Shown: positions 38,020-49,524 of the stretch, piece after piece
Layout of the letters: each line of letters opens with the position of its first letter
How positions within the stretch are numbered: the first letter of the stretch is position 1
Source: an uncultured Halobacteria archaeon
GTDB taxonomy: Bacteria > Pseudomonadota > Gammaproteobacteria > UBA9214
NCBI GenBank assembly: GCA_963847565.1
Contig: CAWKAE010000004.1
Span: 16,151 to 80,150 of the forward strand
Reading direction: 5' to 3'
Length of the DNA: 64,000 nt
Translations under genes and position numbers: made by a program
The notes under the pieces: model-generated
What the model was told of the DNA's origin: nothing
The model's input: the letters and a program-made list of their open reading frames with translations, nothing else
Database searches by the model: none

Positions 38020-40639
38020 GGGCGCCTGCCAAACCGCGCAGCCTTGCCTGGGGAGAACGCCTGCTACTGGCGCTGCTCCTGGGTGGACTGGCGGCACTGT
38101 TACTGCACCAGGGCTGGCTGTGGCGCTGGGATCAACTGCTCTACGATACCCAGTTACAGTTGTTGACCGGGCCGGCCAGTGAAGAGATCGTCATCATCGG
38201 CGTGGACGAGCAGAGCCTGGCAGAATTCGGTCGCTGGCCCTGGCGACGTGAAATCCATGCGTCCCTGCTGGATCGCCTGGCAGCGGAAAAGCCACGTGTC
38301 GTCGCGTTCGATATTATTTTCGCCGAACCGGACCCGTCAAACCCCCGTGGTGACCGCTTGCTGGCCGAGGCCATCGGCCGCAGCGGCAATGTTGTGTTGC
38401 CGGTGCTGATGGAGCAGCGCGTGCAGGGCGGCATGCCAACCGAGACCCTGCCACACCCGCAGTTTGCCGAGCAGGCCGCCGCAATGGGGCATGTGCATGT
38501 TGAACTCGATCCGGACGGAATCGCGCGCCGCCTGTTTCTGTACGAAGGCCTCGGCGGCAGCTACTGGCCGCACCTCACCATGGTGATGTTGCAGGTTGCC
38601 GGTATCGCGGTGCCCATTTACCCGGAAGCCGTGGATGAGGACACGACCCGTCCGGGTGTCTGGTACCGTGACCGGCAGTTGCTCATTCCCTATGCCGGAC
38701 CACCCGGTCATTTCCAGAAGATTTCCTATGAGCAGGTTGTGCGTGGTGATTTTATTCCCGGCACATTCACCGACAAGCTGGTGCTGGTCGGGGTCACGGC
38801 AGCGGGCCTTGGCGATGCCCTGCCAACGCCGGTATCCGGTTACAGCCATTCAATGCCCGGTGTCGAGATCAATGCGAATATGCTGCAGGCATTGTTGACC
38901 GGTGGACGTATTACGGCACTCGACTGGCGCCCGGTGCTGCTGATGACAGTGTTGCTGGCCATGTTGCCCATGTTTGCCTATCCGTTCCTCGGCCCGCGCA
39001 ACAGCCTGTTGCTGGCGGTCACGCTGTTCATCGGCACCCTGTGCCTGTCTGCCGCATTGCTGTTACTGGCACGCAGCTGGTTTCCACCGGTTGCCGCGCT
39101 GGTTGCCATCTCGCTCGGTTACCCGTTATGGAGCTGGCGCAGGCTGGAGCGTGCCGTCCGCTTTCTTGAGCAGGAACTGGACGACCTGCATCGACAGCGT
39201 GCCGAGCTGGCGATACACCAGGGCACGGACCTGCAGATTGCGGTCGCGTTTCTCCCGCATATCCTCCCGGTACAGGGCTGGGCATTACTGGATGCGGATG
39301 GCACGAGTACGCGAACAGTCCGGGCAGGTGCGCACGGTCAGTCACCTCTCCAGTCAGGTCGGACACTGGGATCCGGGAAGCAGCAGCTGGACGACACCCT
39401 GCGAGACGGATGCGTCAACACTGGTGTTGTTCTGGGCAGAAGGGCAATGAACCGGGAGACGATGAGCGCTCACTGCTGAATGGCCTGGCCAGGCAGCTGC
39501 GCGGCGGTGAGAGCACTGCAGGACATTCCACTGACCTGCTGCAATCGCGTATCGAACAGGTCAAGGCGGCCACCCGGCAACTGGGCGAGTTGCGCCGCTT
39601 CGTCGAGGATGCCCTGTCCTTTATGCCGGACGGTGTGCTGGTCGTGGACGCCTTCGGGAAGATCCTGATCGCCAATGAGCGCGCCGCACTCTACCTGGCC
39701 GGCGACCCGGCGGCGAAATTATCGGATGGTGCGCTGCATGATTACCTGCAATCCGTGGAATTACAGGACGGTGCGAGCTGGGACGAACAGCTGAGAAGTG
39801 TGCTGCTGGAAGCCGGGCGGGTACAGTGCAATGCGCAACACGCGGATGGCCGGGACCTGCTGGTGCAAATAGCACCGTTGACTGTACATGGCGATGAGAC
39901 CGATGCACTGGTCATTAATTTCTCCGATATCAGCAATCTTCGCGCCAGTGAACGCAAACGCAGCGAGTTGCTGAACTTCCTGTCACACGATTTGCGTTCA
40001 CCGCTGGTCTCGATGCTGGCATTGCTGGAACTGGCCAGCAGCCGTAAGCCGGATGAAGCGATGGGCGAATTGCTCGAGCGTATGCGCGGCAATACCGAGC
40101 GCACCCTGTCACTTGCCGAACAATTCCTGCAGCTGGCGCGTGCGGAAAACAGTGACAGCTATGCATTCAGCGAGGTCGACCTGGTAGCAGTCATCTGGAA
40201 TGCACATGAACAGGTGTGGGCACAGGCCAAGGCCAGCAACATCCAGCTGCACAATGAACTGCAGGTTGAGGATGCCTGGGTGAACGGTGAAGGCGGTCTG
40301 CTGGAACGCGCCCTGATCAATCTGCTGACCAATGCCATTAAATACAGTCCGGCCGGGACACGCGTAACCGTACACCTGTCGCGCGAGGGCGACCGCTACC
40401 GGGTCTGTGTCACCGATGAAGGGTTTGGCATCGCATCCGAATCATTGCCGTCGTTGTTCGATCGATTCCAGCGTGTGTCCAATCCTGAGCATGCGGAGAT
40501 TACCGGCGCGGGGCTCGGGCTGGCCTTCGTCGACGCGGTCGTGACGCGTCATGGTGGCCGGATCAGCGTGCAGAGTGCGCCGGGGCAGGGCTCGATTTTC
40601 TGTTTCGAGCTGCGGGCAGTGCAGCTGCCAGTCGTGTAA
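37977..40639 (+). CDS. CHASE2-domain sensor histidine kinase (CHASE2-TM-PAS-like-HisKA-HATPase), split by at least one frameshift between about 39250 and 39450
   Basis: Track ORF 37977..39479 carries CHASE2 (VIIGVDEQSLAEFGRWPWRR, AFDIIFAEPD) plus three TM helices. Track ORF 39410..40639 carries HisKA (LNFLSHDLRSPL) and HATPase_c (N-box LINLLTNAIKYS, G-boxes DEGFGI and GAGLGLAF). The gene overlaps the end of the FecR-like gene. Confidence 0.75.
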
Positions 40640-40846
40640 TCGCTTCGGATTAAGAATAATAGTCAATAAAAACAGCATATATATAAATATTTTCGGGAAA
40701 CACCGCAGTGTCCGGTGGCCGCATAGTTTATTCAAGTTAACAATTGAGATCTGGCTATACTTAGGCCAGTGACTAGAATAGCGCTTGAATATGCAGGCAT
40801 CCTGTTTTCCCTCGCAAAAAAACAATAGGTACAAGGAGTAACGATT

Positions 40847-42385
40847 ATGGCGAGCATTACCACAAGAATTGCACTTCCGCTGATTCTGCTGTCGCTGGCG
40901 GGCTGTTCAGCCACGCAGACGCGCACGGCCCAGGACACTAGCACTATTACAGAAGACGATTACGCCGAACTGAAAGTAAAGGAAGCGCGTATATCAAAAC
41001 TCGAAAATGAACTCGCTGCTGCACGCACATCCGGCAGCAGTATGACAATGGCCGCGACCGGCGGTGATTTGTTGCCGCCCAACGCGCAACCGGGTGAGTG
41101 CTATGCACGTGTATGGGTTCCGGCCAAATACAAGACCCTGAGCAAACAGATGCTGGTGAAAGATGCCGGCCAGAAAGTGGACATCATCCCGGCAAAGTAT
41201 GAATGGGTTGAGGAAAGCGTGCTGGTCAGCGAGGCATCCAGTCGCATGGAAAGCATCCCGGCGAAGTACGGTGTCGAAGAAGAGACCATCAAGGTGTCGG
41301 ATGCCACGCGCATCTGGCGTACCGGGCTCGGCAACAATGCACCGCCGGCCAGTGACGATATCCTTGCAACTGCCAAGAAGTACGGCATCAACCTCGACGG
41401 TGCTACACCGGGTATGTGTTACCACGAGCATTACCGGCCTGCCCAGTATGAGACTGTCGAACAGCAGGTACTTACCAGCGAGGCCAGTGAGAAGGTCAAC
41501 GTGACTGCCGCGCAGTATCGTACTGTCGACAAGCGTGTGCTGGTCAAGGAAGCGTCATCCCGGATGGTCGAAGTGCCGGCCTCCTACGAGTGGACTTCAG
41601 AGCAGGTGCTCGACAAACCGGCTCACACCGTCTGGCAGAAGGGTAAGGGTCCGATCCAGCGTATCGACGAAGCCACCGGTGAAATCATGTGCCTGATCGA
41701 AGTGCCTGCGTCCTACAAGACGGTCAAGAAGCGTGTGCTGAAATCGCCTGCGACCACCAAGAGTACCGAGATACCGGCTGAGTACAAAACGGTGAAGGTG
41801 CGTGAACAGGTTAGTGGCCCGCAGGAGTCGAAAACGCAGATCCCGGCTTCCTACAAGACCGTCAAGGTCAGCAAGAAGCTGTCCGATGCCTCGTTTACGT
41901 GGCATGAAGTACACAACAAGAAAGAGCCGGCGACGACCCGTACCGGCGCAAAGATCTGCCTCACGGAAACCCCGGCACGTTTCAAGACCGTTACACGCAA
42001 GGTCGTGAAAACTCCGGCAACTTCCCGCAAGGTGGAGATCCCGGCAGCTTACAAGACCATCAAGGTGCGCAAGCAGGCTGCAGGGCCGTCCGAGAAACGT
42101 ACGGAAATCCCGGCCGTGTACAAGACGGTTCAGTTCAAGGAGCTGGAGAAGGATGGCTTCATGGAATGGCGTTCGATCCTGTGTCAGACCAACATGACCG
42201 GCACCCGTATCAGCCGGATCCAGCAGGCACTCAAAACCGCCGGTTACAATCCGGGTCCGATCGATGGTTCTATCGGTGCCCAGACCATCGCGGCCGTCAA
42301 CGCGTTCCAGCGCGACAAGGGCCTGCCGGTAGACAAGTACCTCAACGTCAAGACACTGAAAGCCCTGGGCGTGTCACCACGCTGA
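40847..42385 (+). CDS. Lipoprotein with about 13 tandem 20-27-aa 'IPAxY(K/E)TV' repeats and a C-terminal peptidoglycan-binding (PG_binding_1-like) domain
   Basis: The signal peptide has the lipobox LSLAGC. The repeats read IPAKYEWV.., IPAKYGVE.., VPASYEWT.., VPASYKTVKK.., IPAEYKTVKV.., IPASYKTVKV.., TPARFKTVTR.., IPAAYKTIKV.. and IPAVYKTVQF... The C-terminus reads ISRIQQALKTAGYNPGPIDGSIGAQTIAAVNAFQRDKGLPVD. Confidence 0.8.
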   Translation: MASITTRIALPLILLSLAGCSATQTRTAQDTSTITEDDYAELKVKEARISKLENELAAARTSGSSMTMAATGGDLLPPNAQPGECYARVWVPAKYKTLSKQMLVKDAGQKVDIIPAKYEWVEESVLVSEASSRMESIPAKYGVEEETIKVSDATRIWRTGLGNNAPPASDDILATAKKYGINLDGATPGMCYHEHYRPAQYETVEQQVLTSEASEKVNVTAAQYRTVDKRVLVKEASSRMVEVPASYEWTSEQVLDKPAHTVWQKGKGPIQRIDEATGEIMCLIEVPASYKTVKKRVLKSPATTKSTEIPAEYKTVKVREQVSGPQESKTQIPASYKTVKVSKKLSDASFTWHEVHNKKEPATTRTGAKICLTETPARFKTVTRKVVKTPATSRKVEIPAAYKTIKVRKQAAGPSEKRTEIPAVYKTVQFKELEKDGFMEWRSILCQTNMTGTRISRIQQALKTAGYNPGPIDGSIGAQTIAAVNAFQRDKGLPVDKYLNVKTLKALGVSPR

Positions 42386-42406
42386 TTGCGGTCACTGTTT
42401 GACATC

Positions 42407-42438
42407 AAAGCGCCCCTCGCGGGGCGCTTTTTTTTGCC
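42407..42438 (+). terminator. Rho-independent terminator after the lipoprotein gene
   Basis: AAAGCGCCCC-tcgc-GGGGCGC is followed by TTTTTTTTT. Confidence 0.8.
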
Positions 42439-42831
42439 TGAAAAACGGGCAGGCTGACAGCATGGTTTTAACATGTTCACAATCAGGTACTACCCGTCCG
42501 GGCGCATGCAGGCTAGCCTGTGCTTATCGGTTGTTGGTTATCCCGGTACTGGCATCCCCCTGATGCCGTCAGTGCCGGAAGCAACCGCTTTTTTGCCGTA
42601 TGGCAGGATGTTGCCGGTGGCGGCTTCGCCGCCACCGGTCATTTTTTCGCTTTCATGGTGCTGTTATACCGATTTCAAACCCTTGATCAGGCGGCATGTA
42701 GCGGCTGATTTACCCGCATATTCTGTGCTCCCGACCGTCGGCAACCCCGACCGGATGTAAGCCGGCCGGGTGTCTAATGCGTCTGGTGCTTGAATTAGTG
42801 AGTACCAACCGCTACACTTCCCGGCCGTTGA

Positions 42832-42908
<77 letters not shown>

Positions 42909-43053
42909 ATTTTAATTGCCGGATGTCATGCCACGGCATGCATTTGGGTCGGAGTTTGGGAGTTTGCTATACTCCTGATAATAATAATTCCGGTGTTCAT
43001 GGAATGGGCCTTTGGCCCATTTTTTGTTTCCGGAATACGGTTCGGAGAACGGC

Positions 43054-43512
43054 GTGAGGGCTGACCCTTTACAGCTGGGAAAATTGCTGGAACCCGGGAT
43101 TGCATCCATGGGTTACGAGCTGGTCGGTATTGATTATCAGAGCGGCGGTAAGGGTGGTGGACTGCTGCGCGTATATATTGATAGTGAGCAAGGTATTTCG
43201 GCTGATGACTGCCAGAAGGTCAGTTACCAGGTAAGTGGCGTACTCGATGTCGAGGACCCGATACCCGGTCACTACACGCTGGAAGTGTCGTCACCCGGTC
43301 TGGACCGGCTGCTGTTCAAAGAGACGGACTTTGAGCGCTTTGCCGGGCAGCTGGCGAAGGTGCGCATGACGTTTCCGGTTGACGGTCAGCGCAAGTTCAG
43401 TGGCCGCCTGGTGGGTATGCGGGACGGCAATGTATTGTTAGTGCAGGATGATGAAGAACTCAGCCTGCCGTTTGAACAGATAGAACAGGCACGCCTGGTA
43501 CCCGAATACTGA
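43054..43512 (+). CDS. rimP: Ribosome maturation factor RimP
   Basis: The start is taken at the GTG at 43054 behind a GGAG site. The track ORF from 43012 is probably over-extended. The conserved VSSPGLDR(L)LF motif is present. The gene precedes nusA. Confidence 0.88.
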   Translation: MRADPLQLGKLLEPGIASMGYELVGIDYQSGGKGGGLLRVYIDSEQGISADDCQKVSYQVSGVLDVEDPIPGHYTLEVSSPGLDRLLFKETDFERFAGQLAKVRMTFPVDGQRKFSGRLVGMRDGNVLLVQDDEELSLPFEQIEQARLVPEY

Positions 43513-43543
43513 GCGTGTAAACAGGCCCTGGGAGGGTTCGGGA

Positions 43544-45085
43544 ATGGACAGTAAAGAGATCCTGATGGTCGTTGATGCGGTATCCAACGAGAAGGGTATC
43601 GACAAGGAAATTATTTTCGAGGCCATCGAAAGTGCGCTGGCGACGGCGACGCGCAAGCGTGCGCCCGGCGATATCGAAGCGCGCGTCGAGATTGACCGTG
43701 CGACCGGCGAATATACAACGTTCCGTCGCTGGCAGGTGATCGATGAGTCGCTTGCCGAAAATGCGGGAGAAGACGATGACGTGCTCGTCTTCGACGCACC
43801 CGGACGCCAGTACACCATGGACGCGGCCAAGGAACTGGATCCGGAACTGGAGCATGGCTCGTGGATCGAGGAGCCGATGGATAACGTGGAATTCGGACGC
43901 ATCGGTGCGCAGACGGCCAAGCAGGTTATCGTGCAGAAGGTGCGCGAGGCAGAGCGTGCCATGGTGGTCGATGCCTACCAGGACCGTGTCGGCGAGCTGG
44001 TTACCGGTATCGTCAAGCGTGTTGAACGCGGCAATGTCTACCTTGACCTGGGCAGTAATGCCGAAGCAATTATCCTGCGCGAGGAAATGATTCCGCGCGA
44101 AGCCGTACGCCCGGGCGATCGTCTGCGCGGTTACCTGCGCGAGGTCAGCGCGGAACAGCGCGGCCCGCAGTTATTCGTCAGTCGTGTAGCACCTGAATTC
44201 CTGCTCGAACTGTTCAAGCTCGAAGTACCCGAGGTTGGCCAGGGCCTGATTGAAATTCTCAAGGCCGCTCGCGACCCGGGGCTGCGTGCCAAGATCGCTG
44301 TGAAGAGTAATGACCCGCGTATTGACCCGGTTGGCGCCTGTGTCGGTATGCGCGGTTCACGCGTACAGACGGTTTCAACGGAATTGTCCGGCGAGCGCGT
44401 TGATATTATTTTGTGGGACGACAATCCTGCGCAGTTTGTTATCAATGCCATGTCACCCGCCGAGGTTGCATCCATCGTGGTCGATGAAGAGACCAACACC
44501 ATGGATCTTGCCGTCGCCGAGGACCAGTTGTCACAGGCAATCGGTCGCGCCGGTCAGAACGTGCGCCTGGCCAGCCAGCTGACCGGGTGGGTGCTGAATG
44601 TCATGGACGAGACCCAGGCCGAGGAAAAAAGTGAGGCCGAGGCAGCCGATTTGCAGAAGCTGTTTATCGAACATCTCGACGTCGATCAGGAAATTGCCGC
44701 GATCCTGGTACAGGAAGGCTTTTCATCGATCGAGGAGGTCGTGTACGTGCCGAACAGCGAATTGCTCGCCATCGAGGAATTCGAGGAAGATATGGTTGAA
44801 GAATTACGTGGTCGTGCCCGTGATGTGTTGTTGACGCAGGCGATCATGAAGGAAGAGAAGCTCGGCGATGCCAAACCGGCCGAGGACCTGCTGGCGATGG
44901 ATGGTATGGATTCGGAGCTGGCGTTCGAGCTTGCCGGACGGGGCGTAGTCACCATGGAAGACCTGGCCGAGCAGGCCGTCGACGAGTTGATGGATATCGA
45001 CGGAATGGACGAGAAACGTGCGGGTTCACTCATTATGGCAGCGCGTGCACCCTGGTTTGCCGAAGAGAGCAGTACCGACGCGTGA
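43544..45085 (+). CDS. nusA: Transcription termination/antitermination factor NusA
   Basis: A 513-aa ORF. It has an N-terminal domain ([27 protein letters not shown]), S1, KH and acidic repeat domains. Confidence 0.97.
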   Translation: MDSKEILMVVDAVSNEKGIDKEIIFEAIESALATATRKRAPGDIEARVEIDRATGEYTTFRRWQVIDESLAENAGEDDDVLVFDAPGRQYTMDAAKELDPELEHGSWIEEPMDNVEFGRIGAQTAKQVIVQKVREAERAMVVDAYQDRVGELVTGIVKRVERGNVYLDLGSNAEAIILREEMIPREAVRPGDRLRGYLREVSAEQRGPQLFVSRVAPEFLLELFKLEVPEVGQGLIEILKAARDPGLRAKIAVKSNDPRIDPVGACVGMRGSRVQTVSTELSGERVDIILWDDNPAQFVINAMSPAEVASIVVDEETNTMDLAVAEDQLSQAIGRAGQNVRLASQLTGWVLNVMDETQAEEKSEAEAADLQKLFIEHLDVDQEIAAILVQEGFSSIEEVVYVPNSELLAIEEFEEDMVEELRGRARDVLLTQAIMKEEKLGDAKPAEDLLAMDGMDSELAFELAGRGVVTMEDLAEQAVDELMDIDGMDEKRAGSLIMAARAPWFAEESSTDA

Positions 45086-45100
45086 GGAGCGAGGCAGTCA

Positions 45101-47668
45101 ATGTCAGAAGTCACAGTTAAACAATTCGCCGAGGTAGTCGGTGTACCGCCGGACCGCTTACTGGTCCAGCTGGGAGAAGCGGGCCTCCAGGTCAGCGACG
45201 AGAATGCGACTATTTCTGATAGCGAGAAGACACAGTTGCTTGATTTCCTGCGCAAGAGTCATGGCAAGCGCAGTGCGCTGTCAGCGGCCGGTCCCAGCAA
45301 GATTTCCCTGAAACGCAAGACGCAGAGCGAACTGCGCTCGAAGGTGCCCGCAGGCCGCGGTCCGGCGGGACGTGGCGCAATGCGTGCCATCCGACCGGAA
45401 GCACGAACGGTTTCGGTGGAAGTCCGCAAGAAACGGACATATGTAAAGCGCGCAGACCTGGTCGCCGAAGAGCAGGAACGACTTGATCTGGAGGCTGAGG
45501 AACAGGCGAGCCGCCAGGCTGAAATCGATGCGCGTGACGCCGAGGTAAAGGCAAAGCAGGAAGCCGCGCGCAAGCAGCAGGAAGATGAAAAAGCAGCCGA
45601 AGAGCATCGTCTGCAGGAAGAGCGCGATGCGCGTAAACAGGCAGCCGAGGCGGCTGAAGAGGCGCGCAAGCAGTCCATAGCGGCTGCCGATGCGCGCACC
45701 AAGTCAGAAGCCGAAGGCGCGCGTCAGCGTAAAACAACCGAAGGCGACCGCAAGGGGCGCCACGACGACAAGAATACCAAGTATGGCCGCAAGGAATTGC
45801 ATGTCGCGGCCGGCAAGGGCGGCCGTCGCAAGAAAAAGGCCAGGCCGTCACGTCGTGTCACGATCGAGTCAACCGGTGAACACGGTTTCGAGCGTCCGAC
45901 CGCAACGGTCGTGCATGAGGTAGGTATTCCCGAGAGTATTCCGGTATCCGAACTGGCACGGAAAATGACCGTGAAATCGGCGGAAGTTATCAAAATACTG
46001 ATGCAGATGGGCGTCATGGCGACCATTAACCAGGTGCTGGACCAGGATACGGCGACGCTGGTTGTCGAGGAGATGGGGCATGTTGCCAGGCCGATGCAGG
46101 ACAACGCGCTGGAAGTGGAACTGAAGCAGCAGGTCGCGGAAATTACCGGCGACCAGCAACCGCGTCCGCCGGTGGTCACGATCATGGGTCATGTCGACCA
46201 TGGCAAGACTTCACTGCTCGATTATATTCGCACCGCAAAAGTTGCCGAGGGTGAGGCGGGCGGCATCACGCAGCATATCGGCGCCTACCATGTCGAAACT
46301 GACAAGGGCATGATCAGTTTCCTGGATACACCAGGCCATGCAGCCTTTACTGCCATGCGTGCACGCGGCGCCAAAGTGACCGATATCGTGATCCTGGTTG
46401 TTGCCGCGGATGATGGTGTCAAGCCACAGACCAAGGAAGCAATCAAACATGCCAGGGCGGCCGGTGTGCCGTTGATCGTCGCCGTCAACAAGATGGACAA
46501 GCCGGAAGCGGATCCGGAACGCGTCAAGAATGAAATGGTTGCGCAGGAAGTCGTGCCGGAAGACTGGGGCGGTGACACCATGTTCATGCCGGTGTCCGCC
46601 AAGACCGGTGACGGGGTCGATGAATTGCTGGATGCCGTGTTGCTGCAGGCAGAACTGCTCGAACTCAAGGCGGTACACGATTGCCCGGCGACCGGCATCG
46701 TGGTCGAGTCAAGTCTCGACAAGGGACGCGGTGCGGTGGCGACGGTACTGGTGCAAAACGGTGTGCTGCGCAAGGGTGACCTGATACTGACCGGCACGGA
46801 ATACGGCCGCGTGCGCGCCATGTTCGATGAAACCGGTGCACAGATCGACGAGGCCGGGCCTTCCATGCCGGCGCTGGTACTCGGGCTGTCAGCTGTGCCC
46901 AGTGCCGGTGACGAGGTCATGGTGGTTGCAGACGAGCGCAAGGCGCGCGAGCTGGCGCAATTGCGTTCCGAGCGATCGCGCGATGCGCGGCTCGCCAATC
47001 AACAGCAGGCGCGGCTTGATGATGTTTTCGCCCAGGCCAGAGACGGACAGACCCCCAGCGTAAATATCGTGCTCAAGGCCGACGTGCAGGGCAGTGCGGA
47101 AGCGCTCAGCGACGCACTGACCAAGCTCACGTCCGATGAAGAAGACGTCAAGGTGAAGGTAGTGTCCAGCGGCGTTGGCGGCATCAACGAGTCAGACGTC
47201 AACCTGGCGGTTGCATCGAACGCGATCGTGATCGGTTTCAACGTGCGCGCAGACGGGTCCTCGAAGCGACTGATCGAGGAAAACAATATTGACCTGAAAT
47301 ACTACAGTATCATTTACAACGCAATCGATGACGTCAAGGCGGCTGCCAGTGGCCTGCTTGCACCGGAAGTGCGCGAGGAAATTATCGGCCTGGCCGAGGT
47401 CAAGGAAGTATTCCGCTCCCGCAAGCTGGGCGATATCGCCGGCTGTATCGTGGTCGACGGGGTTGTGCGTCGCAGTTCACCGATTCGCGTGCTGCGTGAC
47501 AACGTGGTGATTTTCGAAGGCGAACTCGAATCACTGCGCCGCTTCAAGGACGATGTCAACGAGGTCAAGGCGGGTACCGAATGCGGTATTGGCGTGAAGA
47601 ACTACAGCGTCGAGGCCGGTGACCAGATCGAGGTATTCGAGCGTGTGGAGGTTGCGCGCTCGCTGTAA
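45101..47668 (+). CDS. infB: Translation initiation factor IF-2
   Basis: An 855-aa ORF. The GTPase motifs are [14 protein letters not shown] and NKMD. The N-terminal half is charged and low-complexity. Confidence 0.97.
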   Translation: MSEVTVKQFAEVVGVPPDRLLVQLGEAGLQVSDENATISDSEKTQLLDFLRKSHGKRSALSAAGPSKISLKRKTQSELRSKVPAGRGPAGRGAMRAIRPEARTVSVEVRKKRTYVKRADLVAEEQERLDLEAEEQASRQAEIDARDAEVKAKQEAARKQQEDEKAAEEHRLQEERDARKQAAEAAEEARKQSIAAADARTKSEAEGARQRKTTEGDRKGRHDDKNTKYGRKELHVAAGKGGRRKKKARPSRRVTIESTGEHGFERPTATVVHEVGIPESIPVSELARKMTVKSAEVIKILMQMGVMATINQVLDQDTATLVVEEMGHVARPMQDNALEVELKQQVAEITGDQQPRPPVVTIMGHVDHGKTSLLDYIRTAKVAEGEAGGITQHIGAYHVETDKGMISFLDTPGHAAFTAMRARGAKVTDIVILVVAADDGVKPQTKEAIKHARAAGVPLIVAVNKMDKPEADPERVKNEMVAQEVVPEDWGGDTMFMPVSAKTGDGVDELLDAVLLQAELLELKAVHDCPATGIVVESSLDKGRGAVATVLVQNGVLRKGDLILTGTEYGRVRAMFDETGAQIDEAGPSMPALVLGLSAVPSAGDEVMVVADERKARELAQLRSERSRDARLANQQQARLDDVFAQARDGQTPSVNIVLKADVQGSAEALSDALTKLTSDEEDVKVKVVSSGVGGINESDVNLAVASNAIVIGFNVRADGSSKRLIEENNIDLKYYSIIYNAIDDVKAAASGLLAPEVREEIIGLAEVKEVFRSRKLGDIAGCIVVDGVVRRSSPIRVLRDNVVIFEGELESLRRFKDDVNEVKAGTECGIGVKNYSVEAGDQIEVFERVEVARSL

Positions 47669-47714
47669 TACACAGGCAGCAGGCTTGTTCCTGTTGCCGG
47701 CTCGCGCTTTACAG

Positions 47715-48089
47715 ATGCCTAAAGAATTTCCCAGATCACGCCGCGTCGGCGATCAGATTCAGCGTGAGTTGTCGGAACTGATCCGTGATGAAATCAATGA
47801 CCCGAGACTGGGGATGGTCAGTATCACGGTCGTTACCGTGTCGCGGGATCTCGCCTATGCAAAAGTTCACGTGTCTGTGCTGGGCGACGAAGTGCAGGCC
47901 ACAGAATCGGTTGATGTGTTGAATCATGCTGCCGGTTTCCTGCGCCACCGCCTGGGCAAGGTTTTGCATATCAGGGTTATTCCGGAGCTTAAATTTCTGC
48001 TTGATCGTTCGCTGGAAGAAGGTGCCCGCATCGGTGCGCTGATTAATCGCGCGCTTGCCAGTGACCGGGGTAATGGTAATCATGATTAG
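47715..48089 (+). CDS. rbfA: Ribosome-binding factor A
   Basis: An ATG at 47715 (MPKEFPRSRRVGDQIQRELSELI) with the KH-like RbfA fold. The track ORF from 47619 overlaps the infB end. Confidence 0.92.
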   Translation: MPKEFPRSRRVGDQIQRELSELIRDEINDPRLGMVSITVVTVSRDLAYAKVHVSVLGDEVQATESVDVLNHAAGFLRHRLGKVLHIRVIPELKFLLDRSLEEGARIGALINRALASDRGNGNHD

Positions 48090-48172
48090 CTTGTCTCCGC
48101 TTGTCTGTGTGCGTGGCTGCCCGCCCGCATTACCTGCCCTGAACAAAATCACCGCACTGAGTCCTTTCATTT

Positions 48173-49099
48173 ATGGGTAGACGACACAGAAGCAGCAACC
48201 TCCGTCGTGTGAACGGCATCCTGTTGCTGGACAAACCGACCGGCCTGACCTCGAATGCCGCCCTGCAGGCGGTCAAGCAGCTTTATGCTGCACGCAAGGC
48301 AGGGCATACCGGCAGTCTCGACCCGCTGGCGACCGGCCTGCTGCCGATCTGCTTTGGCGAGGCGACCAAGATATCGGGTTTTCTGCTGGACGCTGACAAG
48401 CACTACACGGTGACCTGCCGGTTCGGTGTGCAGACCAGAACCGGAGATGCCGAGGGTGAGGTGATCAGCGAACGGCCCGTTGACGGGCTCACGGAGCGCC
48501 AGGTGGCTGCCGCCCTGACTGGATTTGCCGGTGAGATCGAGCAGATCCCGCCAATGTATTCGGCCCTCAAGCACAAGGGTGAGCGCCTCTACAAGCTGGC
48601 CCGCGAAGGGGTGGAGGTTGAGCGCGAGCCGCGTGCGGTGACCATTCACTCAATCGAACTGCTGGCCTGCAACCTGCCTGAAGCGACCATTCGGGTGCAT
48701 TGCTCCAAGGGCACCTATGTACGTACCCTGGTTGAAGATATTGGCGAACAGCTGGGTTGTGGCGCACACGTAGCGGCACTGCGCCGCACCGGCGTCGGAC
48801 CGTTCAATGAGGCCGGCATGCTGACCATGGCGCAGCTGGAAACCGTGGTGGCAGATGGCGGGCACCATGCGCTGGACCAGCTGTTGCTGCCGATCGAGAG
48901 CGGTCTGGCGCACTGGCCGGGCGTCAAGCTCAGCGGTGATGCGGCTTTTTACCTGCGCCAGGGCCAGCCGGTGCTGGTGCCGCAGGCGCCCACCGAGGGC
49001 TGGGTTCGGCTCTACGAGGGGGAGTCGCAGTTCCTCGGCATGGGCGAGATCCTGGACGATGGGCGGGTGGCGCCCAGGCGGCTGATGGGCATTTCCTGA
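48173..49099 (+). CDS. truB: tRNA pseudouridine(55) synthase TruB
   Basis: A 308-aa ORF with the catalytic motif [12 protein letters not shown] and a PUA-like C-terminus. Confidence 0.95.
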   Translation: MGRRHRSSNLRRVNGILLLDKPTGLTSNAALQAVKQLYAARKAGHTGSLDPLATGLLPICFGEATKISGFLLDADKHYTVTCRFGVQTRTGDAEGEVISERPVDGLTERQVAAALTGFAGEIEQIPPMYSALKHKGERLYKLAREGVEVEREPRAVTIHSIELLACNLPEATIRVHCSKGTYVRTLVEDIGEQLGCGAHVAALRRTGVGPFNEAGMLTMAQLETVVADGGHHALDQLLLPIESGLAHWPGVKLSGDAAFYLRQGQPVLVPQAPTEGWVRLYEGESQFLGMGEILDDGRVAPRRLMGIS

Positions 49100-49197
49100 T
49101 ATCCACTTCGAGATAGCTTGTGGCTGGCACGAACGGCAGTTAAAATACGCAGCTACCTTAATTTTGATGAAATTTGAGCAATTCGCGGGAGTAATTC

Positions 49198-49467
49198 ATG
49201 GCTTTAAGCGCCGAGCAAAAAGATCAGATCGTCAAGTCGCACCAGCGCGGCAATGTGGATACCGGTTCACCGGAAGTTCAGGTTGCGCTGTTGACTGCGA
49301 ACATCACCGGTCTGACCGACCACTTTGCCAAACACAAGGGTGATCACCACTCCCGGCAGGGTTTGCTGCGCATGGTTAACAAGCGCCGGAAGCTGCTGGA
49401 TTATCTGAAGAACAAGGATACCAAGCGCTACCAGGAACTGATCGGTAACCTCGGTCTGCGTCGCTAG
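49198..49467 (+). CDS. rpsO: 30S ribosomal protein S15
   Basis: An 89-aa ORF with the motif [17 protein letters not shown]. Confidence 0.97.
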   Translation: MALSAEQKDQIVKSHQRGNVDTGSPEVQVALLTANITGLTDHFAKHKGDHHSRQGLLRMVNKRRKLLDYLKNKDTKRYQELIGNLGLRR

Positions 49468-49524
49468 TCGCCATCTGAATCCAGCAGTTCTAAATCCACC
49501 TTTTCTCAACGAGGACAAACGCCC

